Part shown: one piece after another, positions 1 through 11,858 of the stretch
How the letters are laid out: every line of letters begins with the position of its first letter
Numbering within the stretch: position 1 is the stretch's first letter
DNA from: Octopus sinensis
Lineage: Eukaryota
Reading direction: 5' to 3'
DNA length: 64,000 nucleotides
Assembly: GCF_006345805.1 (NCBI RefSeq)
Contig: NC_042998.1
Location: 12,648,001-12,712,000, forward strand
Made by a program: the position numbers and the translations under genes
Notes under the pieces: generated by a model
Seen by the model: the letters and a program-made list of their open reading frames with translations, nothing else
The model's database searches: none
What the model was told of the DNA's origin: nothing

Positions 1-472
1 ATTTTGCTTCTCTGATGCTAGAGAAAGCGGCAAAAATGTTGATTAACGGACAATATCACGAATATATCACCATATTCACCATAATTCCAAAATTTAAGAA
101 TTCGGAAGATCATATTGAGAATACTATATTCGGAATATATAGCATAGTCTCGTTCTTGTAATCAACATAGTAGATACATGTATGCCATTAGTGCATATTA
201 GACCTACTGTTAAATTTCAATTTACGTTATGAATCTTTATAAAACCGTGTATATCACGCACATACATCGCAGTCTTTCATCGAGATTGCCTTTTCTATAA
301 ATCATATGTGGCACATACATCAATTAAAAGTATATTTTGTATTGTCTTTTTAAAATTTATTTTTCTTGCTTCTTTTGTACACCTGTCTGCTTATTAGCCA
401 ACCTACGCATCGAATGCATATACTTTTAGACAGAAAATCTTTCTTTCTTTCTGCTCGTCTATCAGTCGGTTC

Positions 473-509
<37 letters not shown>

Positions 510-589
510 GTTAGCTAGCTATCTACACATTTATCTAACTGTTCATTGCTTAAAATATCTCTCTCGTTCCCCTCATACACACACGCATA

Positions 590-628
<39 letters not shown>

Positions 629-763
629 TATTATATATATATATATAATATATATACATACAGACATACACACACACACACATATATATATATGTCTGTA
701 TGTGTATGTCTGTATTCATATATTTATGTATATATGCATATGCGTATAGATATATATGTATAT

Positions 764-796
<33 letters not shown>

Positions 797-812
797 TATA
801 TACATATATATA

Positions 813-2101
813 CGAGGGGCGTTCTATAAGTAATGCCCCTGACCCACTTCCCACAGCAGTAGAGCAACGAAACTTGGCACAGTTATTAGTCTTTTTCTAC
901 ATAGGAATCACCCAGAGTTACGCATTTCTCCCATTGCTTGATGCAGCTCTGGAGATCATTTTTGTAGAAGACTTCAGCTTGGTCCTCCAACCACGACGTG
1001 ACTTCAGAAATCAAGGCTGCATCATCTGGGAAAGGCTTTCCTTTCCAAAACAAATTCATGACTGGGAAGAGGTGAAAATCAGAGGGTGCAAGGTCAGGAA
1101 AGTAGGAGGATGGGGGAGGAGTTCATAGCCATACGCCTGTGCTTCTGATCTGGCGACAAGCGAGTTGTGGACCGGAGCGTTGTCCTGCAGAAGGAGGATG
1201 CCTTTGCTGATCTTGCCCCGCCTCTTGATTTTGATAACTTCTCTTAATTTCCTCAGAAGTAAAGCATAATAGGCTCCTGCAATTGTGGTACACTTTGCCA
1301 GGAAATCTGTCATCACTACTCCGTCCTGTTCCCAGAAGACTGTGAGCATGACCTTGCCAGCAGAGGGCTGCACCCTTGCCTTCTTTGGAGGGGTTGAGTC
1401 ACTGTGCTTCCACTGCATTGACTGGCTTTGGTCTCTGGATCATCGTGATGGACCCAGGTTTCATCCTGTGTAATCAGTCTTTTGAAAACCTTTGACTCAT
1501 CTTCTTGGCACATCTCCAAATTCACCCTCGAGCACTCGACGCGTTCTTGCTTCTGGAAAGGCGTGAGCAACCTGGGAATCCCTCTGGCAGACACCCTTTG
1601 CATATGCAAATGGTCATGAATGATGGTTTCCACAGATCCGGTACTAAACTTGACCTCATGGGCTATTTGGCGAATAATTATGCGTCGATTTTCCAAAATG
1701 GCAGCCTCAACTTGACAGACAGATGCCTCATCAATGGCAGAAGGGGCGACCAGATCTGGGAGCTGTTTCCACAGAGCTCCGACCATGTTTGAATTCACGA
1801 TGCCAGCGTTTTACAAGGTCATATGATGGGGCATCATCACCATAAGTTACTTTCATTTCATCAAAAGTCTCCCGTGGTGTGCGTCCTTTCAAATACAAAA
1901 ACCGGATCACTGCTCGGCACTCAATAGGCTCCATTTCACACTTGACTCAGTTCAAACGCCTGTAAATAAGAAACCCCAATTAATTCAGAGCTGTAATTTG
2001 CCACTTACTCTATAGAGATATACATGATTGCACATGCAAACTTTCGGCTAGATCAAACAACGGCAAGTGGGTCAGAGACATTACTTATTGAACGTCCCTC
2101 G
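813..2101 (-). mobile_element. Full-length Tc1/mariner DNA transposon (irritans-like TIR start), inactive
   Basis: 37-bp TIRs: CGAGGGGCGTTCTATAAGTAATGCCCCTGACCCACTT at 813-849 and its inverse ending at 2101, with 4 mismatches. TA on both sides, 1289 bp long, inserted in a (TA)n tract. Confidence 0.97.
886..1934 (-). pseudogene. Mariner DD34D transposase, frameshifted
   Basis: Overlapping ORF pieces MEPIECRAVIRFL..PRSGRP / SARGIPRLL..ITQDETWVHH / KVMLTVFW..LLQDNAPVH..LLPHPP / C-terminus [15 protein letters not shown] (TAA at 886-888). At least 3 frameshifts. Confidence 0.95.
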
Positions 2102-2116
2102 TATATATATATATAT

Positions 2117-2163
<47 letters not shown>

Positions 2164-2248
2164 TATATACATATTATATATATACATATATATATATACA
2201 TATATCTATATATACATATATATATTATATACATATATCTATATATAC

Positions 2249-2285
<37 letters not shown>

Positions 2286-2301
2286 CATATATAATATATA
2301 C

Positions 2302-2341
<40 letters not shown>

Positions 2342-2342
2342 G

Positions 2343-2383
<41 letters not shown>

Positions 2384-2384
2384 C

Positions 2385-2432
<48 letters not shown>

Positions 2433-2447
2433 CATATATATACATAC

Positions 2448-2530
<83 letters not shown>

Positions 2531-2540
2531 CATATATATA
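2102..2540. repeat. (TA)n/(TACA) compound microsatellite
   Basis: Directly visible; continues the tract at about 575-812 that the mariner interrupts. Confidence 0.95.
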
Positions 2541-3698
2541 CACATCATTTTTACAAGACATATACCAATTCATCTATTTGCATCATTTGCACAGCGAGGT
2601 TCCTCTGTACCTAATCAGATATATCACCGTGTAATATATGACCTGAAATAAATTTAGTTTACAGTGAACTCCATGGAAATGTAGATGTTGCAATGGCTAT
2701 AAATAGCAAATAGTCATCTGGGATTCAATATAAAGTAATATTAACTTACAATGGGAATGAAGATATTCATAAAATATCATTTATTATGAAGTGTTAACAA
2801 TTCTTCCTGAGAGCACTTTAATTATATTAAATTAGAAAATTTAAAAAAATCCTGAGAAAAACTTATGAAGTACATATGACCTCTCATATCCAATTCATAT
2901 AATTGATTGCTTGAGAGATATGTTGAATAAATCTGATATTAGTTGCTGCAAAGAACAACGTCGATGCCAATTAAATAGACAGCGAGATATAATCCTGCTT
3001 GAATATAAAGCAAAAAATGTGCATTTATTTACGTATGTAGATATATACATATATACATATATTCATATATACACACACACTTATATCTTAGGCAGGTCAT
3101 TTCAGTGTTTGTGTGAATTCCTTGTCATTATGTGAAAGAAATACAAGAATAAATAAAATCAAAAATTATTCGACATGATGTTTAAATGAACCATACTACA
3201 TCGGTCATGGTTTTTAATTGTATTATTAATATCCGCTTAATCGGAATGATATTGGACAACATTGTAAGCTTTAATTGTAATTGAAGAGCATTATATACCA
3301 TTAACTTGCTGTTGATATGTGTTTTGACATAGAAAGTACTTCGAGAATGACATGTGTCAAAGCAAAAAAAAAAAAAAAAAAAAAAAATTAAAAATCAAAA
3401 TTGCTATATTTTTCGTAAAATACTTGATAGAAAGTGCTTCTAGCCAGATTAATTATGCTGTAGATAATACTGATATGTTATATTGTGTGTCATTCAATTT
3501 ATAATTATAGCTTACATTGATATTTCCGACTTATTTGACAAAAACTTCACTTGATTACACACTGAGAATATAAACAGCGTATACATATTTTCAGTATTTA
3601 GCACAATATTTATAATTTAATTCCTTGTCGTAATCATCAAATTCCATATCGTCAACAATAGTTGTCCATATAATATGATTAATTCGATGCTGCTTAGT

Positions 3699-3739
<41 letters not shown>

Positions 3740-3845
3740 ACACACACACACACATACACACACACATATATATATATATATCTGTGTGCGTGCGAGTATT
3801 TCTTCATGCACAAACACATACATACATAATACAGTGGTTTATATA

Positions 3846-4064
3846 CTCTCTCTTTTACTCTGTTACTTGTTTCAGTCATTTGACTGCGGCCATGCTGCAG
3901 CACCGCCTTTAATCGAGCAACCCGACTCCGGGACTTATTCTTTTGTAAGCCCAGTGCTTATTCTATCTCTTTTGCCGAACCGCTAAGTAACGGGGACATA
4001 AACACACCAGCATCGGTTGTCAAGCAATGCTAGCGGGACAAACACAGACACACAAACACACACA

Positions 4065-4120
<56 letters not shown>

Positions 4121-4283
4121 TACGACGCGCTTCTTTCAGTTTCCGTCTACCAAATCCACTCACAAGGCTTTGGCCGGCCCGAGGCTATAGTACAAGACAC
4201 TTGCCCAAGGTGCCACGCAGTGGGACTGAACCTGGAAACATGTGGTTGGTAAACAAGCTACTTACCACACAGCCACTCCTGCG

Positions 4284-4286
<3 letters not shown>
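3846..4286 (-). mobile_element. tRNA-derived SINE group A
   Basis: Minus-strand head GGCGCAGGAGTGGCTGTGTGGTAAG..GGTTCAGTCCC (A/B boxes), CORE-like ACCTTGGGCAAGT, internal (TA)/(TG) tract, and tail GCATGGCCGCAGTCAAATGACTGAAAC plus (AAAAGAGT)n. Confidence 0.9.
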
Positions 4287-4332
<46 letters not shown>

Positions 4333-4377
4333 GTGTGTGTGCAACTATTTCTACATGCACAAACACGTACATAATAC

Positions 4378-4594
4378 GGTGGTTTCAAGTTTTGGCACAA
4401 AGCCAGTGATTTCGGAGAACAGGTTAAATCGATTATATCGACCCCAGTACTCAACTGGTGCTTATTTCATCGGCCCCGAAAAGATGAAAAGCAAGCTCGA
4501 CTTCGGTGGGACTTGAACTCAGATTGTAGAGACGGACAAAATTCTGCTAAGCAGTTTGTCCGGCGTGCTGACGATTCTGGCAGCTCACCACCTT
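4378..4594 (-). mobile_element. SINE group B
   Basis: Head GGTGGTGAGCTGCCAGAATCG..GAGTTCAAGTCC and central TTTCATCTTTTCGGGGCCGATGAAATAAGCACCAG; duplicated at 5658-5874. Confidence 0.85.
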
Positions 4595-4623
4595 ACACAC
4601 ATATGTAACATACTGATATATAA

Positions 4624-4883
4624 TCTTTTACTCTTTTACTTGTTTCAGCCATTTGACTGCGGCCATGCTGGAGCACCGCCTTTAGTCGAGCAAATTGACT
4701 CCAGGACTAATTCTTTGCAAGCCTAGTAGTTATTCTATCAGTCTCTTTTGCCGAACCGCTGTGTTCGGGGACGTAAACACACCAGCATCGGTTGTCAAAC
4801 GATGTTGGTGGGGAACAAACACAAACACACATATACTCACATACATACATCCATCTTTACATACATACACACATACACACATG

Positions 4884-4916
<33 letters not shown>

Positions 4917-5081
4917 TCGTCGGGCTTCTTTTAGCTTCACTCTACCAAGTCCACTCACAAGGCTTGGGTCGGCCTGAAGCTGCAGTAGGAAACACTTGTT
5001 CAAGGTGCTACGAAGTGGGACTGAACATGGAACCATGTGGTTGGTAAGCAATCTACTTACCACACAGGCTCTCCTGCGCCT
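4624..5081 (-). mobile_element. SINE group A
   Basis: Same head, core and tail as 3846-4286; near-identical to 5904-6355. Confidence 0.9.
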
Positions 5082-5084
5082 ATA

Positions 5085-5308
5085 CTCTTTTACTCTTTTA
5101 CTTGTTTCAGTCATTTGACTGCGGCCATGCTGGAGCACCGCCTTTAATCGAGCAACTCGACCCCGGGACTTATTCTTTGTAAGCCTAGTACTTATTCTAT
5201 CGGTCTCTTTTGCCGAACCGCTAAGTGACGGGGACATAAACACACCAGCATCGTTGTCAAGCAATGCTAGCGGGACAAACACAGACACACAAACACACAC
5301 ACGCACAT

Positions 5309-5373
<65 letters not shown>

Positions 5374-5548
5374 ATATATATATATATACGACGGCTTCTT
5401 TCAGTTTCCGTCTACCAAATCCACTCACAAGGCTTTGGCCGGCCCGAGGCTATAGTACAAGACACTTGCCCAAGGTGCCACGCAGTGGGACTGAACCTGG
5501 AAACATGTGGTTGGTAAACAAGCTACTTACCACACAGCCACTCCTGCG

Positions 5549-5551
<3 letters not shown>
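5085..5551 (-). mobile_element. SINE group A (chimeric copy at the duplication junction)
   Basis: Left part matches the 6359 copy; right part matches the 3846 copy. Confidence 0.88.
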
Positions 5552-5608
<57 letters not shown>

Positions 5609-5657
5609 ATCTGTGTGTGTGCAACTATTTCTACATGCACAAACACGTACATAATAC

Positions 5658-5874
5658 GGTGGTTTCAAGTTTTGGCACAAAGCCAGTGATTTCGGAGAAC
5701 AGGTTAAATCGATTATATCGACCCCAGTACTCAACTGGTGCTTATTTCATCGGCCCCGAAAAGATGAAAAGCAAGCTCGACTTCGGTGGGACTTGAACTC
5801 AGATTGTAGAGACGGACAAAATTCTGCTAAGCAGTTTGTCCGGCGTGCTGACGATTCTGGCAGCTCACCACCTT
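5658..5874 (-). mobile_element. SINE group B (duplicate of 4378-4594)
   Basis: Same sequence at an offset of 1280 bp. Confidence 0.85.
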
Positions 5875-5903
5875 ACACACATATGTAACATACTGATATA
5901 TAA

Positions 5904-6355
5904 TCTTTTACTCTTTTACTTGTTTCAGCCATTTGACTGCGGCCATGCTGGAGCACCGCCTTTAGTCGAGCAAATTGACTCCAGGACTTATTCTTTGCAA
6001 GCCTAGTAGTTATTCTATCAGTCTCTTTTGCCGAACCGCTATGTTCGGGGACGTAAACACACCAGCATCGGTTGTCAAACGATGTTGGTGGGGAACAAAC
6101 ACAAACACACATATACTCACATACATACATCCATCTTTACATACATACACACATACACACATGTATAAATATATATATATATATATATATTCGTCGGGCT
6201 TCTTTTAGCTTCACTCTACCAAGTCCACTCACAAGGCTTGGGTCGGCCTGAAGCTGCAGTAGGAAACACTTGTTCAAGGTGCTACGAAGTGGGAGTGAAC
6301 ATGGAACCATGTGGTTGGTAAGCAATCTACTTACCACACAGTCTCTCCTGCGCCT
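5904..6355 (-). mobile_element. SINE group A
   Basis: Near-identical to 4624-5081. Confidence 0.9.
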
Positions 6356-6358
6356 ATA

Positions 6359-6581
6359 CTCTTTTACTCTTTTACTTGTTTCAGTCATTTGACTGCGGCC
6401 ATGCTGGAGCACCGCCTTTAATCGAGCAACTCGACCCCGGGACTTATTCTTTGTAAGCCTAGTACTTATTCTATCGGTCTCTTTTGCCGAACCGCTAAGT
6501 GACGGGGACATAAACACACCAGCATCGGTTGTCAAGCAATGCTAGGGGGACAAACACAAACATACACGCACACATGCATAT

Positions 6582-6637
<56 letters not shown>

Positions 6638-6798
6638 GACGGGCTTCTTTCAGTTTCCGTCTACCAAATCCACTCACAAGGCTTTGGTCGGCCCGAAGCT
6701 ATAGTAGAAGACACTTGCCCAAGGTGCCAAGCAGTGGGACTGAACCCGGTACCTTGTGGTTGGTAAGCAATCTACTTACCACAATTTCTCCAGCGCCT
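6359..6798 (-). mobile_element. SINE group A
   Basis: Family head, core and tail motifs. Confidence 0.9.
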
Positions 6799-7721
6799 AT
6801 ATTGAAATTTCTGTATGGTTGGCGCCATTCATACATTTTATTCTAATATATTTCATCAGGCGTTCATCTTACATTCCAAAGAGTTTATGTAAATGTACAC
6901 ATCTACGAAACGCAGATTTATTCGCCATCGATGAGTGTGATAGGCATCTGCTGATTGGAAACCTTGTGCTTCTGATCTAGAAAGCGACTAAAGTTCTTTA
7001 TTCTATTACTGGTATGCTGTTTACTTCTGAAACTGTTTACTCAGATGATGGTTATTACCCAGACACTTTACTCGTCTGTTGATTGGAATATTCGCCTGTA
7101 GCTTGTAGACGTTACACAATAAACATATCGAGATATTGTTCCTCAAGTCGCGTTTGTCTCTATTTATTTGTATAGTAGTTTAAAACGCTCTTCTCTGTTA
7201 TCACAATTTCGACAAGTTTTCTAAATTTAGTTTTCTAAAATACCAGTTTATTATTACACTTTCCCGAGTAAACTAATTAGAATCCACGAATTCACTTCAT
7301 ATTCGATGATTTACTTTAAAATAAACATAATTTTCTTCTTTTCTAGTGAAATGATGAAGCACTGAAAATTGTCGCATCTTATCAATTTAAAAGATAGTTC
7401 AGAGTGAACTTCCTAAAATACTGAAAAACAACTAACATATAGAACCTGAAATATAAGTGCTTACATCTAAAAAATATTTCTCAAAATATTTTTATTAGTA
7501 ATATATAGTTCAATTTTTAATGCTGTGCTTTGGGGTATATATTATTTTAGCTTATTCTGGGAAGATCTAAAAAGAATAAATTTCACTAAAGACTCATAGC
7601 TGAAGGCAATCACATTGAAAACAAGTAACACTAAGCAATACTTCACCCAGCAAATTGTTATACAGTAGCTAACAACTAACAAATTACATACCTACTGGCT
7701 TTTAGTTTCCCATGCACACAG

Positions 7722-8730
7722 ACAGTCACTCACTCACTCACCCACTCACTCACCCACTTAGTCGCTCACTCATACTCACTCACTCATTCACTCACTCAGT
7801 TACTCACTCACTAGATCACTCACTCACTCACTCACTGAACCACCCACCCAGTCACCCACTCAGTCGCTCACTCACACTAACTCACTCACTCAACAATCCA
7901 CTCACTCACCCATTCATTCACTCACTTACCCACTCACTCACTCACTCGCTCACTCACCCACTCACTCACCCACTTAGTCGCTCACTCACACTCACTCACT
8001 CACTCATTCACTCACTCAGTTACTCACTCACTAGATTACTCATTCATTCACGTATTCCCTCATTCAGTTACTCACTCACTAGATCACTCACTCACTCACT
8101 CAACCACCCACCCAGTCACCCACTCAGTCGCTCAGTCACACTAACTCATTCACTCAACAACCCACTCACTCACCCATTCATTAACTCACTCACCCACACA
8201 CTCACACACTCGCTCACTCACTCACGCACTCAGTCATTCACTCACTCACCCACTTAGTGGCTCACTCACACTCGCTCACTCACTCACTCATTCACTCACT
8301 CAGTTACTCACTCACTAGATCACTCACTCACTCACTCACTCACTGAACCACCCACCCAGTCACCCATTCAGTCGCTCACTCACACTAACTCACTCACTCA
8401 ACAACCCACTCACTCACCCATTCATTCACTCACTCCCCCACACACTCACTCACTCACTCACTCGTTCACTCACGCACTCACCCGTTCACTCACTCAACAA
8501 CCCACTCACTCACCCATTCACTCACTCACCCACTCACTCGTTCACTCATTTAGTCAGTCACTCAATCACTCACACACTCACTAACACACTCACCCATTCA
8601 CTCACTCACCCACTCAGTCGCTCACTCACGCTCATTCACTCAACAACCCACCCACTACCCCACTCACTCACTCACTCACTCACTCCGTCACTTACTCACT
8701 AGATCACTCACACACTCACTCACTCACTCA
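7722..8730. repeat. (CACT)n-derived compound repeat with higher-order unit
   Basis: CACT/CACC/CATT variants; the block CTAGATCACTCAC..AACCACCCACCCAGTCACCCA recurs near 7811, 8079 and 8315. Confidence 0.9.
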
Positions 8731-9261
8731 CAAAGAAACTGGAATACACAGCAATAAACCTATGTGTGTGTGCATCGATCACCGAGCCGGCCTAACAAAA
8801 CCGTGGATTAAAATATTCCTAAACCTGAGTTGGTCCGAAGGTAGTAGAACACAATCTTTAATTAATAAAAAAATATTTTAATACAGACATATTATTTTGT
8901 GCCCACCTGTGCATTAAAGTAATATAATCGTAACTATAATGTTAAAACATACGAGCAAATTATCGAAATATTTAGGACTTGTAAGTACCAGTTCCAGGAA
9001 TGCATTTAATATATCCAATAACTACACACCACTAGATACGGTGGGTATTTAAGCAATGTGTTCGAGGATGATTAATGGGTGAGACGGATGCTGATGAAGG
9101 GGAAAACACCCTGCAATATGGCATATACACTCATTATCTGATTTTCATGTTTAATATCATGGTTTGTTTTCATCTGACGCCTGGTATACGAAAAGTCGTT
9201 GCAAAAATCAGTGGCGGGTATAATTTCTATAGTATATCGATAAATATAATTAAAAAAATGA

Positions 9262-9510
9262 ATGCGCCTTTTTTAAAGCCTAGCCAGGATCATGGGCTCG
9301 GTTTCCCGGTTTCTATGGCGAATGTGTTCCCCAGCTGCACATGATGCCTGTCCATCGCAGCGTTACTCATTTTTGCTAGCTGAGTGGGTTAGAGCAACGT
9401 GAAACGAAGTGTTTTGCTCAAGAACACAACGCATCGCCCGGTCCAGGAATCGAAACCACAACTTTACGATCATGGTGCTGACACCCTAACCACTAAGCCG
9501 CGTGCCTCCA
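9262..9510 (-). mobile_element. tRNA-derived SINE group C, body type d
   Basis: Head GTGGAGGCACGCGGCTTAGTGGTTAGGG..GTTTCGATTCC, CORE-like TGTGTTCTTGAGCAAAACAC and tail GAAACCGGGAAACCG; related copy at 37632-37877. Confidence 0.85.
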
Positions 9511-9806
9511 CATATCGATAAAGATAACCTAAATAAATTATCGAAATATATAACAATAAACAAGTTTGCAAGTTTGACAACTTTAGAATTTTCTGTATCT
9601 ATAAAAGGGATAAATCGGAATATGATCAACATGCAATTTAAATTTTGGGATTTATTTCGTGTTATTTGTTTTTTTTTTCAATTTGTCATAAATGCTTTCC
9701 ATCTCACTAACTTGCATGTATTTCTTTCAATAATTTTTTATGAATGTACTCCTCTTACTGCTTTGTTTTTCCATCATTCTTTCGAACTGTATTAAGAAAC
9801 ACTAAC

Positions 9807-9861
9807 TTCCAGGCAAATTTTCGTTCGTATTTAAATTGGAGACTGCTTGCTGACGTATTCT
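9807..9861 (-). CDS. Candidate internal exon of an unidentified gene (RIRQQAVSNLNTNENLPG)
   Basis: Acceptor tattactttacag, donor GAA|gttagt, 55 nt; phase-compatible with 10025-10067. No homology recognised. Confidence 0.4.
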
Positions 9862-10024
9862 CTGTAAAGTAATATATCAATATTAGAAAAAGAAGGTTTA
9901 TACGAGAATACCGACACAGTAATTTAATAAAATTTGCTTAGCAGAAATTTATGTAATTAAAAATAAATTATGATTCTCAACGCAGATGCGCCCTCGTACA
10001 ATTGTATGCAGCTGCAGTACTCAC

Positions 10025-10067
10025 TTCGTGATAAAGATTTTCAGATATTCGCCCGAGGGTGATGCAT
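10025..10067 (-). CDS. Candidate internal exon (CITLGRISENLYHE)
   Basis: Strong acceptor tatttttcag and donor GAA|gtgagt; 43 nt with an open frame. Confidence 0.5.
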
Positions 10068-10916
10068 CTGAAAAATATAGTCGAATAATTATTTTTGCTT
10101 AAATCATTAACAAATTTATAGGCTGATAGAAATATATTTAATAGTACAAAATACTAAACCTGAAATTTGTGTAGTAGTTTCTGCGTGGTTGTGAGGGTGG
10201 GCCAGAAGGAAGAGTTAACTTCAGTGAGACAGGTATGAAATAACAATGTAATATTTTTCAAAGTTAATTAAATAGAAATAAGATGTGCGCGTGTATGTTT
10301 TACACCCTAGTTCACACTGTTAGCAAGCCGAAGAATATCTTGCGTAAATCTGCCAAACAATCGCTGAGTTAAATTAGTGTTCCCTCTCTGCCACTATATC
10401 TGCACTATATGGTGCACTAGTCATGTCATGCTCATCAAATACTTCAAATGTTCCTTGGTCATGTATATGTAACTAATTTATAAAGATAAACGCTTTTGTC
10501 ACTCAATCCCTGGAAGAGCAACCGATCGACTAGCTGAAAGGAAATTGACAGATTCAAACGCCATATCATTTATAAAGTCGATCATTTGTGTACTTTGTAG
10601 GTAAAAGTATCCTTTGGGGATAAAGAAATTTATTGATTGAATATTTCCTACTATGTCGGATAAGGTTGTCAGTGTGAATTTTATGGCGTATAATTTCAGG
10701 AAACCTCTTTTGATTCTAACCTACTTATCCCGGTTTTCTTTTAGATTGAAAGTTCCTTTTCTGTGTGCTTTATTTAAGAATTTATCAGGCTTTCATCGGT
10801 AACTCATATACTATAAGACACATTTCAGGATTCAGAAATGTCTACTTCGTATATAATTCACTATATTATCTGAATTGATACTATACACTCAATAACACAA
10901 ATAATCATTCATTTAC

Positions 10917-10966
10917 CTTTGATATACATGGACAAGTGACATAAAAGCTCCATTTTCAAGTATGCT
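10917..10966 (-). CDS. Candidate internal exon (SILENGAFMSLVHVYQR)
   Basis: Acceptor atgtttgcag, donor AAG|gtaaat, 50 nt; joins in frame to the next two candidates. Confidence 0.42.
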
Positions 10967-11350
10967 CTGCAAACATCTTGAATACACTGTACTATACAGT
11001 TAAACACAATTTACAACGCCAAAACTAGACAACATTTTAATAAAAATAAACTGGAATGAGAACAGAAACTGAATTTACAAACATGCTTCAATCACTAAGG
11101 TAATAACAAGCGATGTACCTTTTTTTTGATACTATAAAAGCACTGACGCTTGAATATAATCGACTGAGTATAGTGTGATAATCATCTTTGTTTAGCGTGT
11201 CACTGCAATAACTTTCTTATTAGTCCGTCACAGTTTTTACCGTCTATCCAGGTTTCTTCGTTTTTGTGTAGTGCAATGGGTCACCTTTCCTTCTAAGTTA
11301 TTTAATACTCATATATCAATAATGATAATAATGATTGTGATGATGATGAC

Positions 11351-11394
<44 letters not shown>

Positions 11395-11395
<1 letters not shown>

Positions 11396-11604
11396 CTCTA
11401 CTATAAGCACAAGACCTGATATTTTAAGCAAGGGAACTAGTCGATTACGTCCACCACAGTACTCGACTGTACTTATTCTATCGACACTGAAAGGATAAAA
11501 AGCAGTGTCGACCCCGAAGAATTTGAACTCAGAAAGTAATGACGGACGAAGTACTGCAAAACATTTAGCCCGGCGTCCTAACGATTCTCCCAAATCGCCG
11601 CCTT
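11395..11604 (-). mobile_element. SINE group B, diverged, within an (AAT)n tract
   Basis: Head GGCGGCGATTTGGGAGAATCGTTAG..GAGTTCAAATTC; flanked by AAT/GAT repeats. Confidence 0.8.
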
Positions 11605-11633
11605 ATGATGATGATGATGATAACAATACTAAT

Positions 11634-11684
<51 letters not shown>

Positions 11685-11689
11685 TTATA

Positions 11690-11824
11690 AATTTTTAAAT
11701 ACATATTTCATCTATGAATTTGCGCGTGTAATCTGGGAATGCATACAATGAGCTTCTCTGCCCTAGGTGTATGGAAAACACTCGGCGAGAAACGGAAGAA
11801 AATTTGAAGAAAGAAGGAAAAAAC

Positions 11825-11857
<33 letters not shown>

Positions 11858-11858
11858 T
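11690..11858 (+). mobile_element. Probable 3' end of an (AAT)n-tailed non-LTR element (Dong/R4-like)
   Basis: About 130 bp of complex sequence between two (AAT)n tracts, ending A-rich before the repeat. Assignment is by analogy with 34234-34580. Confidence 0.4.

Larger units (their letters stand above)
4000..6540. repeat. Tandem duplication, unit about 1.28 kb
   Basis: Spacer CTGTGTGTGTGCAACTATTTCTACATGC at 4331 and 5611; the SINE-B and SINE-A copies recur at the same offset. Confidence 0.92.

Noticed and set aside
2024-2614. Long YI/HT/SLTH/poly-I/poly-N ORFs throughout the window
   Set aside because: They are translations of microsatellites.
4857-5306. Recurring ORFs such as [17 protein letters not shown] and MRNWYL
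   Set aside because: They are SINE read-throughs repeated in many copies.
9085-9125. Hammerhead-like CTGATGA-AGGG..CCCT-GCAA (also weak motifs near 7040 and 32435)
   Set aside because: The GAAA or core is broken and helix I is poor.
9984-10070. Inverted ends CAGATGC..GCATCTG as a miRNA hairpin
   Set aside because: The interior does not pair; the region is better explained as an exon.
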